A DNA stretch of 64,000 nucleotides from an uncultured delta proteobacterium (GTDB taxonomy: Bacteria > Desulfobacterota > BSN033 > UBA1163): assembly GCA_963820625.1 (NCBI GenBank), contig CAWGAV010000010.1, forward strand, positions 83,915 through 147,914, given 5' to 3'. Position 1 is the first letter of the stretch; each line of letters opens with the position of its first letter. The notes under the pieces are model-generated. The model did no database searches. It worked only from the letters and a program-made list of their open reading frames with translations, and had not been told where the DNA came from. This document shows positions 19,388 through 30,228 of the stretch, one piece after another. A program made the position numbers and the translations under genes.

Positions 19388-20980
19388 TTATTTCATCTCT
19401 TCTTTTTCTTCTTCTTTGAGGAGCTTATAGTCAATCGAGTCTACCAGGGCTTGCCAGCTTGCCTGGATGATGTTTTCAGAAACTCCAACCGTTCCCCACT
19501 TCGATTTTCCATCCCCCGATTCAATCAGAACCCTCGTTTGTGCCCCAGTTCCATCTTTAGTAGAAAGGATCCTGACTTTGTAGTCGAGCAGTTTCACTTC
19601 TTTCAATTCGGGATAGAATTTCTCCAGGGCCTTTCGTATGGCATTGTCCAGGGCATTGACCGGACCATTTCCCACGGCTGCGGTATGCTCCACCTGATCT
19701 CCCACACGAACCATAATGGTTGCTTCTGAAAGGGGAACTTCTTCCTCCCTCTTCTTTTCCACAATCACACGAAATCCCATCAGTTCAAAGAATTTCTTAT
19801 GTTGTCCGAGGGCCTTTTTGATGAGGATCTCAAAAGAGCCTTCTGCTCCCTCAAACTGAAACCCCTGGTTTTCCAGGCGTTTTAAATCATCGAGGATTTC
19901 CCTGACCTTTGGGTCCTTGCTTTCGAAATCGATTTTAAATTCAGCAGCCTTGTATAAGATGTTCGATTCGCCGGAAAGGTCAGAGATCAGAACCCTCTGA
20001 TGGTTTCCAACCCGTTCTGGGGAAACATGTTCGTAAGTGGCATCACTCTTTCGGATGGCGCTGACATGGACCCCGCCCTTGTGGGCAAAAGCGCTATCCC
20101 CCACATAGGGAAGGTATTTATTATGAGGGAGGTTAGCCAACTCGGAGACGAAACGAGAGACCTCAGTGATCTTTTTCAACTGGTCATCTGTGATACAATC
20201 AATTCCCATTTTCAGCTTGAGATTGGGGATGATGGAACAGAGATTGGCATTCCCGCATCGTTCGCCATAACCATTGATGGTTCCATGAACCATGAGAACG
20301 CCTTCCTTGACGGCCAGGATGGTGTTGGCCACTGCCATCTCGGTATCGTTATGGACATGAATGCCAAGGGGAACAGCGACTTTCTTCTTCACCTCTTTAA
20401 TGATGGATTGGACTTCATCGGAGAAAGTCCCCCCATTGGTATCGCATAAGACGATCCAATCCGCTTTGGCTTCCTGAGCTGCCTTCAGCGTGGAGAGGGC
20501 ATACTGAGGGTTGCTTTTGTATCCGTCGAAGAAATGTTCCGCATCAAAAATAACTTCCTCAACACGATCCTTGAGGAATCGAACCGAGCTATGGATGATC
20601 TCGAGATTCTGATCGAGGGTGATATTTAATGCCTCGAGGGGATGAATATCCCAGGACTTCCCGAAAATGGTGACCACCTTCGTACCAGCCTTGATCAGAG
20701 CCTGGATGTTAGGATCCTTTTGGGGCAGGGTTCCTGCCCGGCAGGTGCTTCCAAAGGCAGCAACCCTCGCCTGAGAAAGGTGAATGGATTGGATCTCTTG
20801 AAAAAACTGGAGGTCTTTTGGATTGGAGCCAGGCCACCCTCCTTCGATATAGTGGATGCCTAATTCATCCAGCTTTTGTGCGATCCGGACTTTGTCCTCA
20901 ACGGAAAAAGAAATATCTTCTGCCTGGGAACCGTCGCGGAGTGTGGTGTCATAAATCTTGATTGAAGGTGTGTTACTCAA
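19388..20980 (-). CDS. cimA: Citramalate synthase
   Basis: [45 protein letters not shown]; C-terminal regulatory domain. Confidence 0.9.
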   Translation of the reverse strand: MSNTPSIKIYDTTLRDGSQAEDISFSVEDKVRIAQKLDELGIHYIEGGWPGSNPKDLQFFQEIQSIHLSQARVAAFGSTCRAGTLPQKDPNIQALIKAGTKVVTIFGKSWDIHPLEALNITLDQNLEIIHSSVRFLKDRVEEVIFDAEHFFDGYKSNPQYALSTLKAAQEAKADWIVLCDTNGGTFSDEVQSIIKEVKKKVAVPLGIHVHNDTEMAVANTILAVKEGVLMVHGTINGYGERCGNANLCSIIPNLKLKMGIDCITDDQLKKITEVSRFVSELANLPHNKYLPYVGDSAFAHKGGVHVSAIRKSDATYEHVSPERVGNHQRVLISDLSGESNILYKAAEFKIDFESKDPKVREILDDLKRLENQGFQFEGAEGSFEILIKKALGQHKKFFELMGFRVIVEKKREEEVPLSEATIMVRVGDQVEHTAAVGNGPVNALDNAIRKALEKFYPELKEVKLLDYKVRILSTKDGTGAQTRVLIESGDGKSKWGTVGVSENIIQASWQALVDSIDYKLLKEEEKEEMK

Positions 20981-21069
20981 GTTGGTACCCCTTATATTAC
21001 AAAAGACAAATTTTCAATGGTCAATTAGCAATTATCAATTATCATTGAACATTGATCATTGTTCATTGA

Positions 21070-22308
21070 TTATTTTTCCTCAGCGATCGTCGGCTTATCC
21101 AACTCAAAGGCATCGTGGAGGGCCCGTACTGCCAATTCGGTATATTTGGAGTCAATGATGCAGGAGATTTTGATCTCTGAAGTGGAGATCATTTGAATAT
21201 TAATTCCTTCTTTGGCCAAAGCAGAGAACATCTGGGTGGCCACATTGGAATGGCTCCTCATCCCGACCCCCACAATCGATACCTTGGCAATGTTTTCGTC
21301 GGCGCTCACCTCTTTCCCACCAAACTCCTTAATGATCCCTTTGACAATCTGAAGAGTCTTCGCGAAATCAGATTTGGGAACCGTGAAAGCCACATCGGCG
21401 CAGCCTTTCTCGGTACTGGAGGTCTGGATAATCATGTCCACGACAATATTGGCATCGGCTATCGGCTTAAAAATTTTTGCAGCCATCCCAGGAACATCGG
21501 GAACACGCATGATCTCTATCCTGGCTTCATTTTTATTGTACGTCACACCGGAAACCACAACCCTTTCCATCTCTTTGTCCTCCTTACAAACGATTGTCCC
21601 AGGATTATCATTAAAAGAAGATCTGACATGAATGGGGACATCATATTTTTTGGCAAACTCTACAGAACGGATCTGTAATACCTTTGCCCCGAGACTGGCC
21701 ATTTCCAGCATCTCGTCATAGGAGATCTTGGATAACTTTCTCGCCTTGGAGTAGATATTGGGATCGGTCGTATAGACCCCGTCGACATCGGTATAGATTT
21801 CACAGACATCTGCTTTCAGGACGGCTGCGACCGCCACGGCTGTTGTGTCAGATCCTCCTCGACCAAGGGTGGTGATATTGTCCGATTCATCCACGCCCTG
21901 AAACCCTGCCACCACCACGACCCGTCCATTTTTTAAGTCGTTAAGCACCTTCTCCGATTCAATGCCTGTAATCCGAGCCTTGCCAAAGGCGCTGTCTGTG
22001 GCGATTTTGATCTGAAATCCTAAATAGGATTTTGCATCCGCTCCCATATCCTTGAGAGCGATGGCAAGCAAGGCAATGGAGACCTGTTCTCCTGTAGAGA
22101 CGAGCACATCCATTTCCCTCTCATCAGGGCTTGGAGTGACCTGTTGGGCCAAGCGGATGAGTTTATCCGTTTCTCCAGCTATCGCAGAGACAACGACCAC
22201 CACCTCATGGCCTTGGTTTTTGGTGTTGAGGACCCTTCTGGCTACATTTCTGATCCGCTCCACATCCCCGACAGAGGTGCCACCATATTTTTGGACCACT
22301 AACGCCAT
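21070..22308 (-). CDS. lysC: Aspartate kinase
   Basis: [21 protein letters not shown], two ACT domains; start set at MALVVQ after GGAGG. Confidence 0.95.
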   Translation of the reverse strand: MALVVQKYGGTSVGDVERIRNVARRVLNTKNQGHEVVVVVSAIAGETDKLIRLAQQVTPSPDEREMDVLVSTGEQVSIALLAIALKDMGADAKSYLGFQIKIATDSAFGKARITGIESEKVLNDLKNGRVVVVAGFQGVDESDNITTLGRGGSDTTAVAVAAVLKADVCEIYTDVDGVYTTDPNIYSKARKLSKISYDEMLEMASLGAKVLQIRSVEFAKKYDVPIHVRSSFNDNPGTIVCKEDKEMERVVVSGVTYNKNEARIEIMRVPDVPGMAAKIFKPIADANIVVDMIIQTSSTEKGCADVAFTVPKSDFAKTLQIVKGIIKEFGGKEVSADENIAKVSIVGVGMRSHSNVATQMFSALAKEGINIQMISTSEIKISCIIDSKYTELAVRALHDAFELDKPTIAEEK

Positions 22309-22370
22309 CCAAACACCTCCCTTTTCAAATTCGGATTGCGGATTGCAGATTGCGGAATAAAAAAATGAGG

Positions 22371-22862
22371 TCAAGAAATTCCGCGTTCCGCATTCCGAAT
22401 TCCGAATCCAGAAAGTTCTTTGAGCAAGTCTTCAAAGCGTTTACCTTTTCCATTAATTTCTATGGATCTTATATTCTTTCCCACATAAGCGATATGGATG
22501 AAGAGCATCTCCTTCGGGAGGAGAGAAGGAATTTTATCTGCCCATTCGATGGCTGTGATCCCTCCGCCCTGAAAATAGTCCTCCAGACCTAATTCTTCAG
22601 CTTCCTTTTCCCTTTCCAGCCGAAAAAGATCAATATGGTAAAAGGGGATTCTCCCTGGATATTCATTGATCAGTGTAAAAGAAGGGCTCGAGATATAAGC
22701 CGGTTTCCCAACCCCTACTCCTGCGGCCAATCCCTTGATGAATTGGGTTTTCCCTGCCCCCAATTCACCCACTAAAGCCACGGCATCTCCAGGCAGAAGA
22801 CGGCTTCCAATGTTCTTTCCAGTTCGTATCGTTTCTGATGCGCTGTGGGTCTGAATGACCAT
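22371..22862 (-). CDS. tsaE: tRNA threonylcarbamoyladenosine biosynthesis ATPase
   Basis: [28 protein letters not shown]. Confidence 0.93.
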   Translation of the reverse strand: MVIQTHSASETIRTGKNIGSRLLPGDAVALVGELGAGKTQFIKGLAAGVGVGKPAYISSPSFTLINEYPGRIPFYHIDLFRLEREKEAEELGLEDYFQGGGITAIEWADKIPSLLPKEMLFIHIAYVGKNIRSIEINGKGKRFEDLLKELSGFGIRNAERGIS

Positions 22863-22988
22863 TTGTCCAATTTTCAGATTTCAGATTCTCAGTTTATTTA
22901 GTTTCTTTGGTTTTTCTGGTCTATTGGGTTAACTAAAAAAACTAAATAAACTAAAGAAACCGGGTAAACCAATGCACTCTGCAATTTC

Positions 22989-23462
22989 TTAGGCCTTAAA
23001 CTTAAAGTCATCGGGATTGAGATTTTCCAACCATTCCTTTAGCTGATCTCCCTCTTTCTCCATATCGATGGTTCGTGCTTTTTCGATGACTTGTTCGGAT
23101 ACAAAGATGGGGGCATCCACAGCCAGGGCGATAGCCATGGCATCACTGGGGCGGGAGTCAATGATGATCTCTTCTCCTCCTCGATTGAGGTAGATTAATG
23201 CATAGTAAGTGTTTTCCTTTAGGTCATTGACGATGATTTTCACAACCTGAGATTGAAGGGTCCTTAAAATGCTATTGATCAAATCATGAGTCGACGGCCG
23301 ATGGGAACCTATCTTCTTCAGTTTCATCGCGATGGCATTGGCCTCGAAAGGACCGATCCAAATAGGGAGTCCTGTTTTATTCGATAAATCCATCAGAAGA
23401 ACGACAAATCCATTTGAGGTGGAATCAAATGTCAAAAACTTTACTTTCATTTCGACATACAT
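22989..23462 (-). CDS. Bifunctional nuclease family (DUF151)
   Basis: LPIWIGPFEA, RPSTHDL, DSRPSDAMAIAL. Confidence 0.9.
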   Translation of the reverse strand: MYVEMKVKFLTFDSTSNGFVVLLMDLSNKTGLPIWIGPFEANAIAMKLKKIGSHRPSTHDLINSILRTLQSQVVKIIVNDLKENTYYALIYLNRGGEEIIIDSRPSDAMAIALAVDAPIFVSEQVIEKARTIDMEKEGDQLKEWLENLNPDDFKFKA

Positions 23463-23483
23463 CCTGTCTCTCCTTTCTTTCCA

Positions 23484-24659
23484 TTAGCGGGATAAGCGAA
23501 ACCTCAGGGAAGCACATACGCCATCGTGTTCTTTTAACACCTCATTCTCCTCAACCCACTTCACTTCTCCGTCTTGACAGAGAACTGACCTCATCATTTC
23601 TTCTCCCAGATCAACGATCTTTACCTCTCCTTTGCAGAGCGGACAGGGGGCGGATGAATCACCTGGTGGATGAATCAGAACGAGAGAACTACATCGACGG
23701 CACTTTCCCCCCGGAAAGGTGAATGAGATCAGGAGGTAAAGTGTGTGAACCTGACCTGCATTCAGAGCCTCAAGGGTTGGACTTAAACCCAATGTGGCCA
23801 AACCGCCTTGAGGGGTTCTTTCCTTCAAGGCTTGAATCTGATGATTTACCTCTTCCTTTTCTTTATGGAGGTGCCGTTCGAATACCCGCCTCAACACTTT
23901 CGAACGTTCTTCTGAAAAATCCAACGAAAAGGAATCTGATATTTGCTGTTTCACTCGTTCAGGAAGAAAAACCTTAAAGTTGGCAAGGATGCGATCCTGA
24001 CCGATGAGAACGACCCGCTTCCATATTCCAGAATTAAAAAGTTCGGTGAGTTGCTCTGCCACCTCCCGATGATGTTTATCCATATGGTCTTTGATATGGC
24101 GTTGGTACCTCATCTGAGCCCATCCCCCTTGGTCATGGCGTCCCGGGACATAACTCTCGATGGACGATTCGGCCATCAGGCCTTCCAAAGACACTTCAAA
24201 TAATCTGGCCGAGTCAGTATCCACCATGACGACAAGGGTGTTCTGATACTGGGAAGAGAGTCGAACAAGAGGGCGTAAGATGGGAAGATCAGAAATAAAG
24301 CATTCATTTTCGAAGGAGATGATCGAAGGGTAGGTGAGAAAGGTTCCAGTCCCACTACAGGAGAAGATGGCGATTCCATTCATCTCTTCATTATCGACAC
24401 GGCGAACCAACCTTTCTACATACCTCTCAATTTGTTGTTCGTCTTTGAGCAAGGCATTCCGCCAATCCTCTCGATCTTTGAATTGATCGGAGGCTTTCTT
24501 GAATTGATTCTTGGTAAAGAGACGAATGCGTTCCCGTTGTTGTTCATCGTCCCATTTGGTATTGAGATAGAGGGACAAGAAAGGATAGGGAGTCTCTTCC
24601 AGACGGGCCAATTTTTTAATTTCGTTCCTCATCTCCACAGCCAACTCCATCCCCCTCAC
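23484..24659 (-). CDS. Bacterial eRF1/aRF1-like release-factor family protein (baeRF/Vms1-like)
   Basis: FLSLYL, HDQGGWAQMRYQRH loop, L7Ae-like C-terminal domain with CRRC...CPLC, GVCASLRF. Confidence 0.75.
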   Translation of the reverse strand: MRGMELAVEMRNEIKKLARLEETPYPFLSLYLNTKWDDEQQRERIRLFTKNQFKKASDQFKDREDWRNALLKDEQQIERYVERLVRRVDNEEMNGIAIFSCSGTGTFLTYPSIISFENECFISDLPILRPLVRLSSQYQNTLVVMVDTDSARLFEVSLEGLMAESSIESYVPGRHDQGGWAQMRYQRHIKDHMDKHHREVAEQLTELFNSGIWKRVVLIGQDRILANFKVFLPERVKQQISDSFSLDFSEERSKVLRRVFERHLHKEKEEVNHQIQALKERTPQGGLATLGLSPTLEALNAGQVHTLYLLISFTFPGGKCRRCSSLVLIHPPGDSSAPCPLCKGEVKIVDLGEEMMRSVLCQDGEVKWVEENEVLKEHDGVCASLRFRLSR

Positions 24660-24763
24660 CCTGGCGCCTGCCTGCGGTAGGCAGGGGAGAGGGGGATGGG
24701 AAGAGAACGTGTACGAATAACAGCGTTTATTTTAGTCTATCTTAAATGAAGAAGAAGGCAAAA

Positions 24764-26317
24764 TCAAATCCTTCCCTTGAGAAGAGCGGGGATTTTTTCA
24801 ATGACGTCTGTTGCGATTAAGGATTTCTCTCCCATCTCTTGGGCCCCCTCATCACCAGCCATTCCATGGAGATAGACGGCTATTTGAAGGGAAGGGAGAA
24901 TGTCAAATCCCTGGCAGACCAATCCGCCGATCATTCCAGTGAGCACATCCCCTGTTCCTCCTGAGGCCATTCCTGGATTGCCTGTTGGGTTGATAAAGAC
25001 CTCTCCTTTGGGGGTAGTGATCAGGGTGGGATGCCCTTTGAGGATGAGATGAACATGCTGGGACTGAGAGAAATTTCTGCTGAGTCCAATCCGATTTTCC
25101 AGGACTTCTTTGACCGTGGATCGAATCAGTTTTGCCATCTCTCCTGGATGGGGGGTGAGGATGAGCGAGCGATTCGTAATGGGAAGGGTTTTAGGTTGTG
25201 TCGCCAAAGCGGTCAGTCCATCGGCATCCAAGATAATCGGGAGATCCAATGTCCTGACCAGTTTGAGGACGAGCGATTGGGTTTCTTTAAACGTTCCAAG
25301 GCCAGGACCAATGATCACAGCCTTTTTGTTTTCGCAGAGACGGACGATGGCACTGAAGGCCCGTAGACTAAGAGTCTGTTTGGGGGTTTCTGGAAGAGGT
25401 TCTGTCATCACCTCTGTCAATTTCATCTCCATGATGGCATTAAGGCTCTTCGGGATGGCAAGGGTGACCAGGCCTGCCCCCATTCTGAGAGCAGCTTGGC
25501 AAGCCATCGCGGCGGCCCCTGTCTTGCCAACCGATCCCGCAATGACTAACAGGTGTCCATAATCTCCTTTGTGGGTATCTGGATTCCGGGGGATGGACAA
25601 CCATCTTTGGATTTCTTCTTTTTCTAAAAGATGAATAGGAATTTTTTCCTCCTCCACCAATCTTTTGGGGATACCGATATCGATAACCTTTACCTCTCCC
25701 ACATAATCGAGTCCTGGTGGAATGAGATGCCCTATTTTTGGCAGGCCAAAGGTGATGGTGAGGGAGGCCCTAATCGCTGTGCCGAGAGGTTTACCTGTGT
25801 CGGCATCTAACCCGGAGGGGATATCAATGGCGACGATGGGCGTTTGCAGCGTATTAAGATGATCGATCACTTCTCTGTAATAACCTCTGACTTCCGCATC
25901 GAGTCCTGTACCAAAAATTCCGTCAACCAAGATGTCAAACTTTTCCAAGTCCCTTTTCACTTTTATGTAATCTTTGGAAGAGGGGACAGAAACCACTTCT
26001 CCTTTCATGCGGTGGAAGATGTTAAAATTAGTTTCCGCATCTCCTCGGAGACCCTTCGGGTCGGTGAGGAGATAGACCCTCACGGAAATCCCCTGATTCA
26101 GAAGATATCGAGCGATCACAAACCCATCTCCCCCATTGTTTCCTTTTCCAGCAATAATCGCTATCTTCTTCTTGTGAATATCAGGGAAGGTATTGGAGAT
26201 CACTTCTGCCGCTCCCCTTCCTGCATTTTCCATGAGGACAATTCCGGGAATTCGAAAGGTCTCAATGGCCTTTCGATCCAATTCCTGCATCTCTTCAGCG
26301 GTCGCTACTTTCATCAT
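24764..26317 (-). CDS. nnr: Bifunctional NAD(P)H-hydrate epimerase/dehydratase
   Basis: LMENAG, GKGNNGGDG, DIPSG, HKGDYG, TPHPGE, GGTGDVL. Confidence 0.93.
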   Translation of the reverse strand: MMKVATAEEMQELDRKAIETFRIPGIVLMENAGRGAAEVISNTFPDIHKKKIAIIAGKGNNGGDGFVIARYLLNQGISVRVYLLTDPKGLRGDAETNFNIFHRMKGEVVSVPSSKDYIKVKRDLEKFDILVDGIFGTGLDAEVRGYYREVIDHLNTLQTPIVAIDIPSGLDADTGKPLGTAIRASLTITFGLPKIGHLIPPGLDYVGEVKVIDIGIPKRLVEEEKIPIHLLEKEEIQRWLSIPRNPDTHKGDYGHLLVIAGSVGKTGAAAMACQAALRMGAGLVTLAIPKSLNAIMEMKLTEVMTEPLPETPKQTLSLRAFSAIVRLCENKKAVIIGPGLGTFKETQSLVLKLVRTLDLPIILDADGLTALATQPKTLPITNRSLILTPHPGEMAKLIRSTVKEVLENRIGLSRNFSQSQHVHLILKGHPTLITTPKGEVFINPTGNPGMASGGTGDVLTGMIGGLVCQGFDILPSLQIAVYLHGMAGDEGAQEMGEKSLIATDVIEKIPALLKGRI

Positions 26318-26696
26318 TTCCTTCCTCTAAGAGCACATGGGCCACGGCGTAGGGTCGGTCGTGGGAAAGGGTGAGAAGAGCACTTTGAATTCGGAGGGTT
26401 TCGCAAACCTCCTTTGCCTTTCGATGGAGGGAGAACATGGGTTTTCCCAGGGGATCGTTCTCCACTTCGATATCCGTCCATTGAATACCGTTTCGAAGCC
26501 CCCATCCAATGGCTTTGAGGAAAGCCTCTTTTGCCGCGAACCGGATGGCAAAACATTCGGGAGGCCGGGTCCGCTGTTGGCACCAGACAATCTCTTTCTC
26601 TGTAAAAACCCGACCCAGAAAGAGATTTCCCCAGCGAGCCATCAGACGCTCAATTCGATCTATATTGACAATATCAATACCCGTTCCAACGACCAT
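26295..26696 (-). CDS. acpS: Holo-[acyl-carrier-protein] synthase
   Basis: GTGIDIV, FAAKEA, LSHD. Confidence 0.93.
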   Translation of the reverse strand: MVVGTGIDIVNIDRIERLMARWGNLFLGRVFTEKEIVWCQQRTRPPECFAIRFAAKEAFLKAIGWGLRNGIQWTDIEVENDPLGKPMFSLHRKAKEVCETLRIQSALLTLSHDRPYAVAHVLLEEGNDESSDR

Positions 26697-26762
26697 TAGT
26701 TTCGAGTTGCAAGTTACGAGTTTCAGGTTTCAACCTTAAACTTGAAACCTTAAACCTGAAAC

Positions 26763-27476
26763 TTATTTGACGAGTTCAATCATCTCTCGGACAGCTCGAT
26801 CCAAACCCACTAAAATTGCTCTGGCAATAATGCTGTGACCTATATTGAGTTCTTCGATTTCCTTTATTTCTGCAATCCGTCGGACATTGACATAATTCAG
26901 GCCATGTCCTGCTGCGATCTGGAGGTTGCTGTGAGAAGCCTCGGCGACTGCATCAAGAATCTTTTTCAGTTCCGCATCTTCCTGAGAAGGAGTCTTCGTA
27001 TCGCAGTAGTGACCGGTATGAATTTCTATGGCATCAGTGCCCACATCCTCTGAGGCTTTGATCTGATCTTTTTTGGGATCGACAAAAAGACTGACAGGGA
27101 TTCCCCCTTTGTGGAGTCGTTGGATTGCCTTTTTAAGGGAGGGAAAGAATTTGATCACATCGAGCCCTCCTTCTGTCGTGAGTTCTTCTCTTTTCTCCGG
27201 AACGAGTGTCACGATGTTTGGTTGGGTGGCCAAGGCAATGCGGATCATTTCCTCAGTAGCAGCCATCTCTAAGTTCAATCGAGTTTGAATCACCTCCCTG
27301 AGTATCCGGAGATCTCGATCCTGAATGTGACGTCGATCTTCCCTCAGGTGACACACAATGCCATCTGCTCCAGCCAATTCCACGATTCCTGCAGCCGTGA
27401 CAGGATCTGGATACATGACCCCCCGGGCCTGTCTGACTGTGGCGACATGATCAATGTTAACACCCAACCTCGGCAT
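26763..27476 (-). CDS. pdxJ: Pyridoxine 5'-phosphate synthase
   Basis: LGVNIDHVAT, HLREDRRHI, AGHGL, ELNIGH. Confidence 0.96.
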   Translation of the reverse strand: MPRLGVNIDHVATVRQARGVMYPDPVTAAGIVELAGADGIVCHLREDRRHIQDRDLRILREVIQTRLNLEMAATEEMIRIALATQPNIVTLVPEKREELTTEGGLDVIKFFPSLKKAIQRLHKGGIPVSLFVDPKKDQIKASEDVGTDAIEIHTGHYCDTKTPSQEDAELKKILDAVAEASHSNLQIAAGHGLNYVNVRRIAEIKEIEELNIGHSIIARAILVGLDRAVREMIELVK

Positions 27477-27537
27477 GATTCCCCCTAGAAATCTTCGATT
27501 TACTGTTGGCCATTAGCTATAAGCCATAGGCTATTAG

Positions 27538-28893
27538 CTACTTTCCAATATGTTTTTTTACTAATCCCACAAGGTCTTGGGCAAACCGGTGGAGTTTTGT
27601 CTCATCTTCTCCTTCAACCATAATCCGAAGGAGAGGTTCTGTCCCAGAGTAGCGAATCAAAATTCTTCCGGAATTTCCCAATGATTTTTCAATCTCTCTG
27701 ATCCTCTTTTCAATCTCTGCAAACTCGGTGAGGTTTTTCTTCTCTTTGACCTCCACATTATAGAGGACCTGAGGAAGAGGTTCCATCACTCTGGCCAGTT
27801 CATCTATGGGACGTTCTTTCTGTTTCATAATGGCTAGGACTTGTAAGGCCGTGAGAATGCCATCACAAGTCGTATTGTAATCTAAGAAAATGGTATGGCC
27901 TGATTGCTCTCCCCCAAGGTTGTAATCTCCCCGGACCATCTCCTCGACAACATAACGATCTCCTACTTGAGTCCGGATGACTTTCCCTCCTGCCTTCCAT
28001 ACTGTCCGATCCAGTCCAATATTGCTCATCACGGTGGTAACCAGAGTTCCCTTTTTCAACCTGTTTTCCGATAACATTTGGAGAGCGCAGATCGCCAAAA
28101 TATAATCTCCATCTACCTGGTTTCCTTTTCGATCCACAAAGACGATTCGGTCTCCATCGCCATCGAGAGCCATCCCGATATCCGCTTCCTTCTCTTGGAC
28201 AACGCGACTGACGACTTCTGGGTGAAGGGAACCACAGTGGTCATTGATATTCTCTCCATTGGGTTCGACCCCTAGGGGTATCACCTCGGCTCCTAATTCT
28301 TCGAGGACCGTGGGAGCGACTCGATAGGCTGCCCCATTGGCACAATCTAAAACGATTCGAAGCCCATCCAATGTTAAGTTGTTGGGAAAGGTATTTTTGA
28401 GAAAGACCACATACCTCCCGATAGCATCATCAATACGATGAGCTTTTCCAACTTCACTCGCTGTGGGTCGAAGGGAATGGAGATGATTTGAAAGGATCAG
28501 TTCTTCGATCCGGTATTCCATTTCGTCTGGAAGTTTAAAGCCATCCTGAGAAAAGATTTTGATTCCGTTATCATAGTAAGGATTGTGAGAAGCTGAAATC
28601 ACCACACCGGCATTGGCCCTCATACTTGTGGTGATGAAAGCGATGCCTGGGGTGGGTAGAGGACCCACCAACATCACATCCGCTCCCATGGAACAGATGC
28701 CAGAGGCCAAAGCTGTCTCCAACATGTATCCTGAGAGTCGGGTATCCTTTCCCACAACAATCCGATGCCTTCCCTTTACCTCCTTAAAAATGTAAGCAAT
28801 GGCCCTGCCCAACTGCATGGCCATTTCTCCGGTCATAGGGTCTACATTGGCAACCCCTCTGATCCCGTCTGTTCCAAACAACTTACGTGTCAT
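27538..28893 (-). CDS. glmM: Phosphoglucosamine mutase
   Basis: [34 protein letters not shown]. Confidence 0.95.
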   Translation of the reverse strand: MTRKLFGTDGIRGVANVDPMTGEMAMQLGRAIAYIFKEVKGRHRIVVGKDTRLSGYMLETALASGICSMGADVMLVGPLPTPGIAFITTSMRANAGVVISASHNPYYDNGIKIFSQDGFKLPDEMEYRIEELILSNHLHSLRPTASEVGKAHRIDDAIGRYVVFLKNTFPNNLTLDGLRIVLDCANGAAYRVAPTVLEELGAEVIPLGVEPNGENINDHCGSLHPEVVSRVVQEKEADIGMALDGDGDRIVFVDRKGNQVDGDYILAICALQMLSENRLKKGTLVTTVMSNIGLDRTVWKAGGKVIRTQVGDRYVVEEMVRGDYNLGGEQSGHTIFLDYNTTCDGILTALQVLAIMKQKERPIDELARVMEPLPQVLYNVEVKEKKNLTEFAEIEKRIREIEKSLGNSGRILIRYSGTEPLLRIMVEGEDETKLHRFAQDLVGLVKKHIGK

Positions 28894-28980
28894 CCTTATT
28901 CATCCATTTCTAATCCCCCAGCCATATTGAGGAGGATTTTTTTTAATTGGCTTATCACAATTCCTTTAGAAAGGTCAAGT

Positions 28981-30195
28981 TTATTGGGCTTCTTTCCCCC
29001 CTGCAAGACGTATTGCATCAGCCACGGCAATGGCCTTTTTTGCCTGGAGTATGTCGTGGCTACGAATGATATGAGCCCCGTTTAGGACTCCAATAGCAAT
29101 GCTTGATAGCGTCCCTTCCAGACGGTCTCCAACCTCTGCATTGAGAATCTTTCCGATAAAACTCTTACGTGATGTCCCCAATAGGATTGGTTTCCCAAGT
29201 ATTTGAAATTCATATAGATTTTTTATGATAAGAAGATTGTCCTCAACGGTTTTTCCGAAGCCAATTCCAGGGTCAATGATGATCTGCCGAGGGTCCAATC
29301 CGGTAGATTCCGCCCTTTGAATGGAATCCTTTAAATATTGGAGTATTTCAGAAAAAAGGGAATCGTAATGGACATCCTTCTGCATTGTTTCAGGGGTTCC
29401 ACGGATATGCATGAGGACAAGAGGGGTATCCTCCTTGGCAGCCAGTTGTGCTAGGCTTGGGTCAAAATGCAATCCACTAATATCATTAATGATTTCAGCC
29501 CCTGCTTCAATAGCTCTCTGTGCCACAGCTGATTTATAGGTGTCGATCGAAATTGGCACATTCACTTCCTTAGCAATAGATTCGATGACAGGAATGACCC
29601 GACGAAGTTCTTCTTCTAATTCCAGAGGTTTTGAACCCGGTCTGGTTGACTCCCCTCCAATATCTATGATATCTGCCCCTTCTTCAACCATCCTCAATCC
29701 ATGGGCAATTGCCTTCTCTTTATCAAAGAAGAGGCCTCCATCTGAAAAGGAGTCTGGAGTGACATTGAGAACTCCCATCAGAAGGGTTCGTTTTCCCAGT
29801 GTCAACGTCCGTTTTCGGCAGCGTATGGAGTAATGGGTTTTGGAAATGTTCTTAAGTGTTTCTTTTATGGACTGGCCTAGAAGGTGAAGGTCTGGGTATT
29901 GTTCCAATTTGAGAATCAATTTTTTGAAATGTTTTTGCGTCCCCATAAGAAGAGCATCTGTCTGTTTGGCACTGCAATCAAGCCCCCTTCCGTCGACAGC
30001 GACATCTCCTCCCAGTGAGAGCAATTCTTGTTTGAGAAGGTTAGCCGTTCGAGGTTCGATTCCTTCCACCTTGAGATTGAAATGGAGGGTCTTTTCTTCC
30101 ATCAACTTGACGCCAGTGGGATCCACTCCCACTTTTTTCATTTGTTGGATGGCTTCATTGGCATTCGTGATGTGAAGGCATCGAATCAGGTTCAT
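28981..30195 (-). CDS. folP: Dihydropteroate synthase with N-terminal extension
   Basis: NVTPDSFSDGG, GGESTRPG, DPGIGFGK, SRKSF, RSHD. Confidence 0.95.
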   Translation of the reverse strand: MNLIRCLHITNANEAIQQMKKVGVDPTGVKLMEEKTLHFNLKVEGIEPRTANLLKQELLSLGGDVAVDGRGLDCSAKQTDALLMGTQKHFKKLILKLEQYPDLHLLGQSIKETLKNISKTHYSIRCRKRTLTLGKRTLLMGVLNVTPDSFSDGGLFFDKEKAIAHGLRMVEEGADIIDIGGESTRPGSKPLELEEELRRVIPVIESIAKEVNVPISIDTYKSAVAQRAIEAGAEIINDISGLHFDPSLAQLAAKEDTPLVLMHIRGTPETMQKDVHYDSLFSEILQYLKDSIQRAESTGLDPRQIIIDPGIGFGKTVEDNLLIIKNLYEFQILGKPILLGTSRKSFIGKILNAEVGDRLEGTLSSIAIGVLNGAHIIRSHDILQAKKAIAVADAIRLAGGKEAQ

Positions 30196-30228
30196 CTTTT
30201 TTGTGGAGGAGGTATGGGTTGAAAGGGA

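Noticed and set aside
22309-22374. N-terminal extension of LysC
   Set aside because: It is a translated heptamer-repeat patch; the GGAGG RBS precedes MALVVQ.
28894-28980. Remnant of cdaA/cdaR between folP and glmM
   Set aside because: Too short for any defensible similarity.
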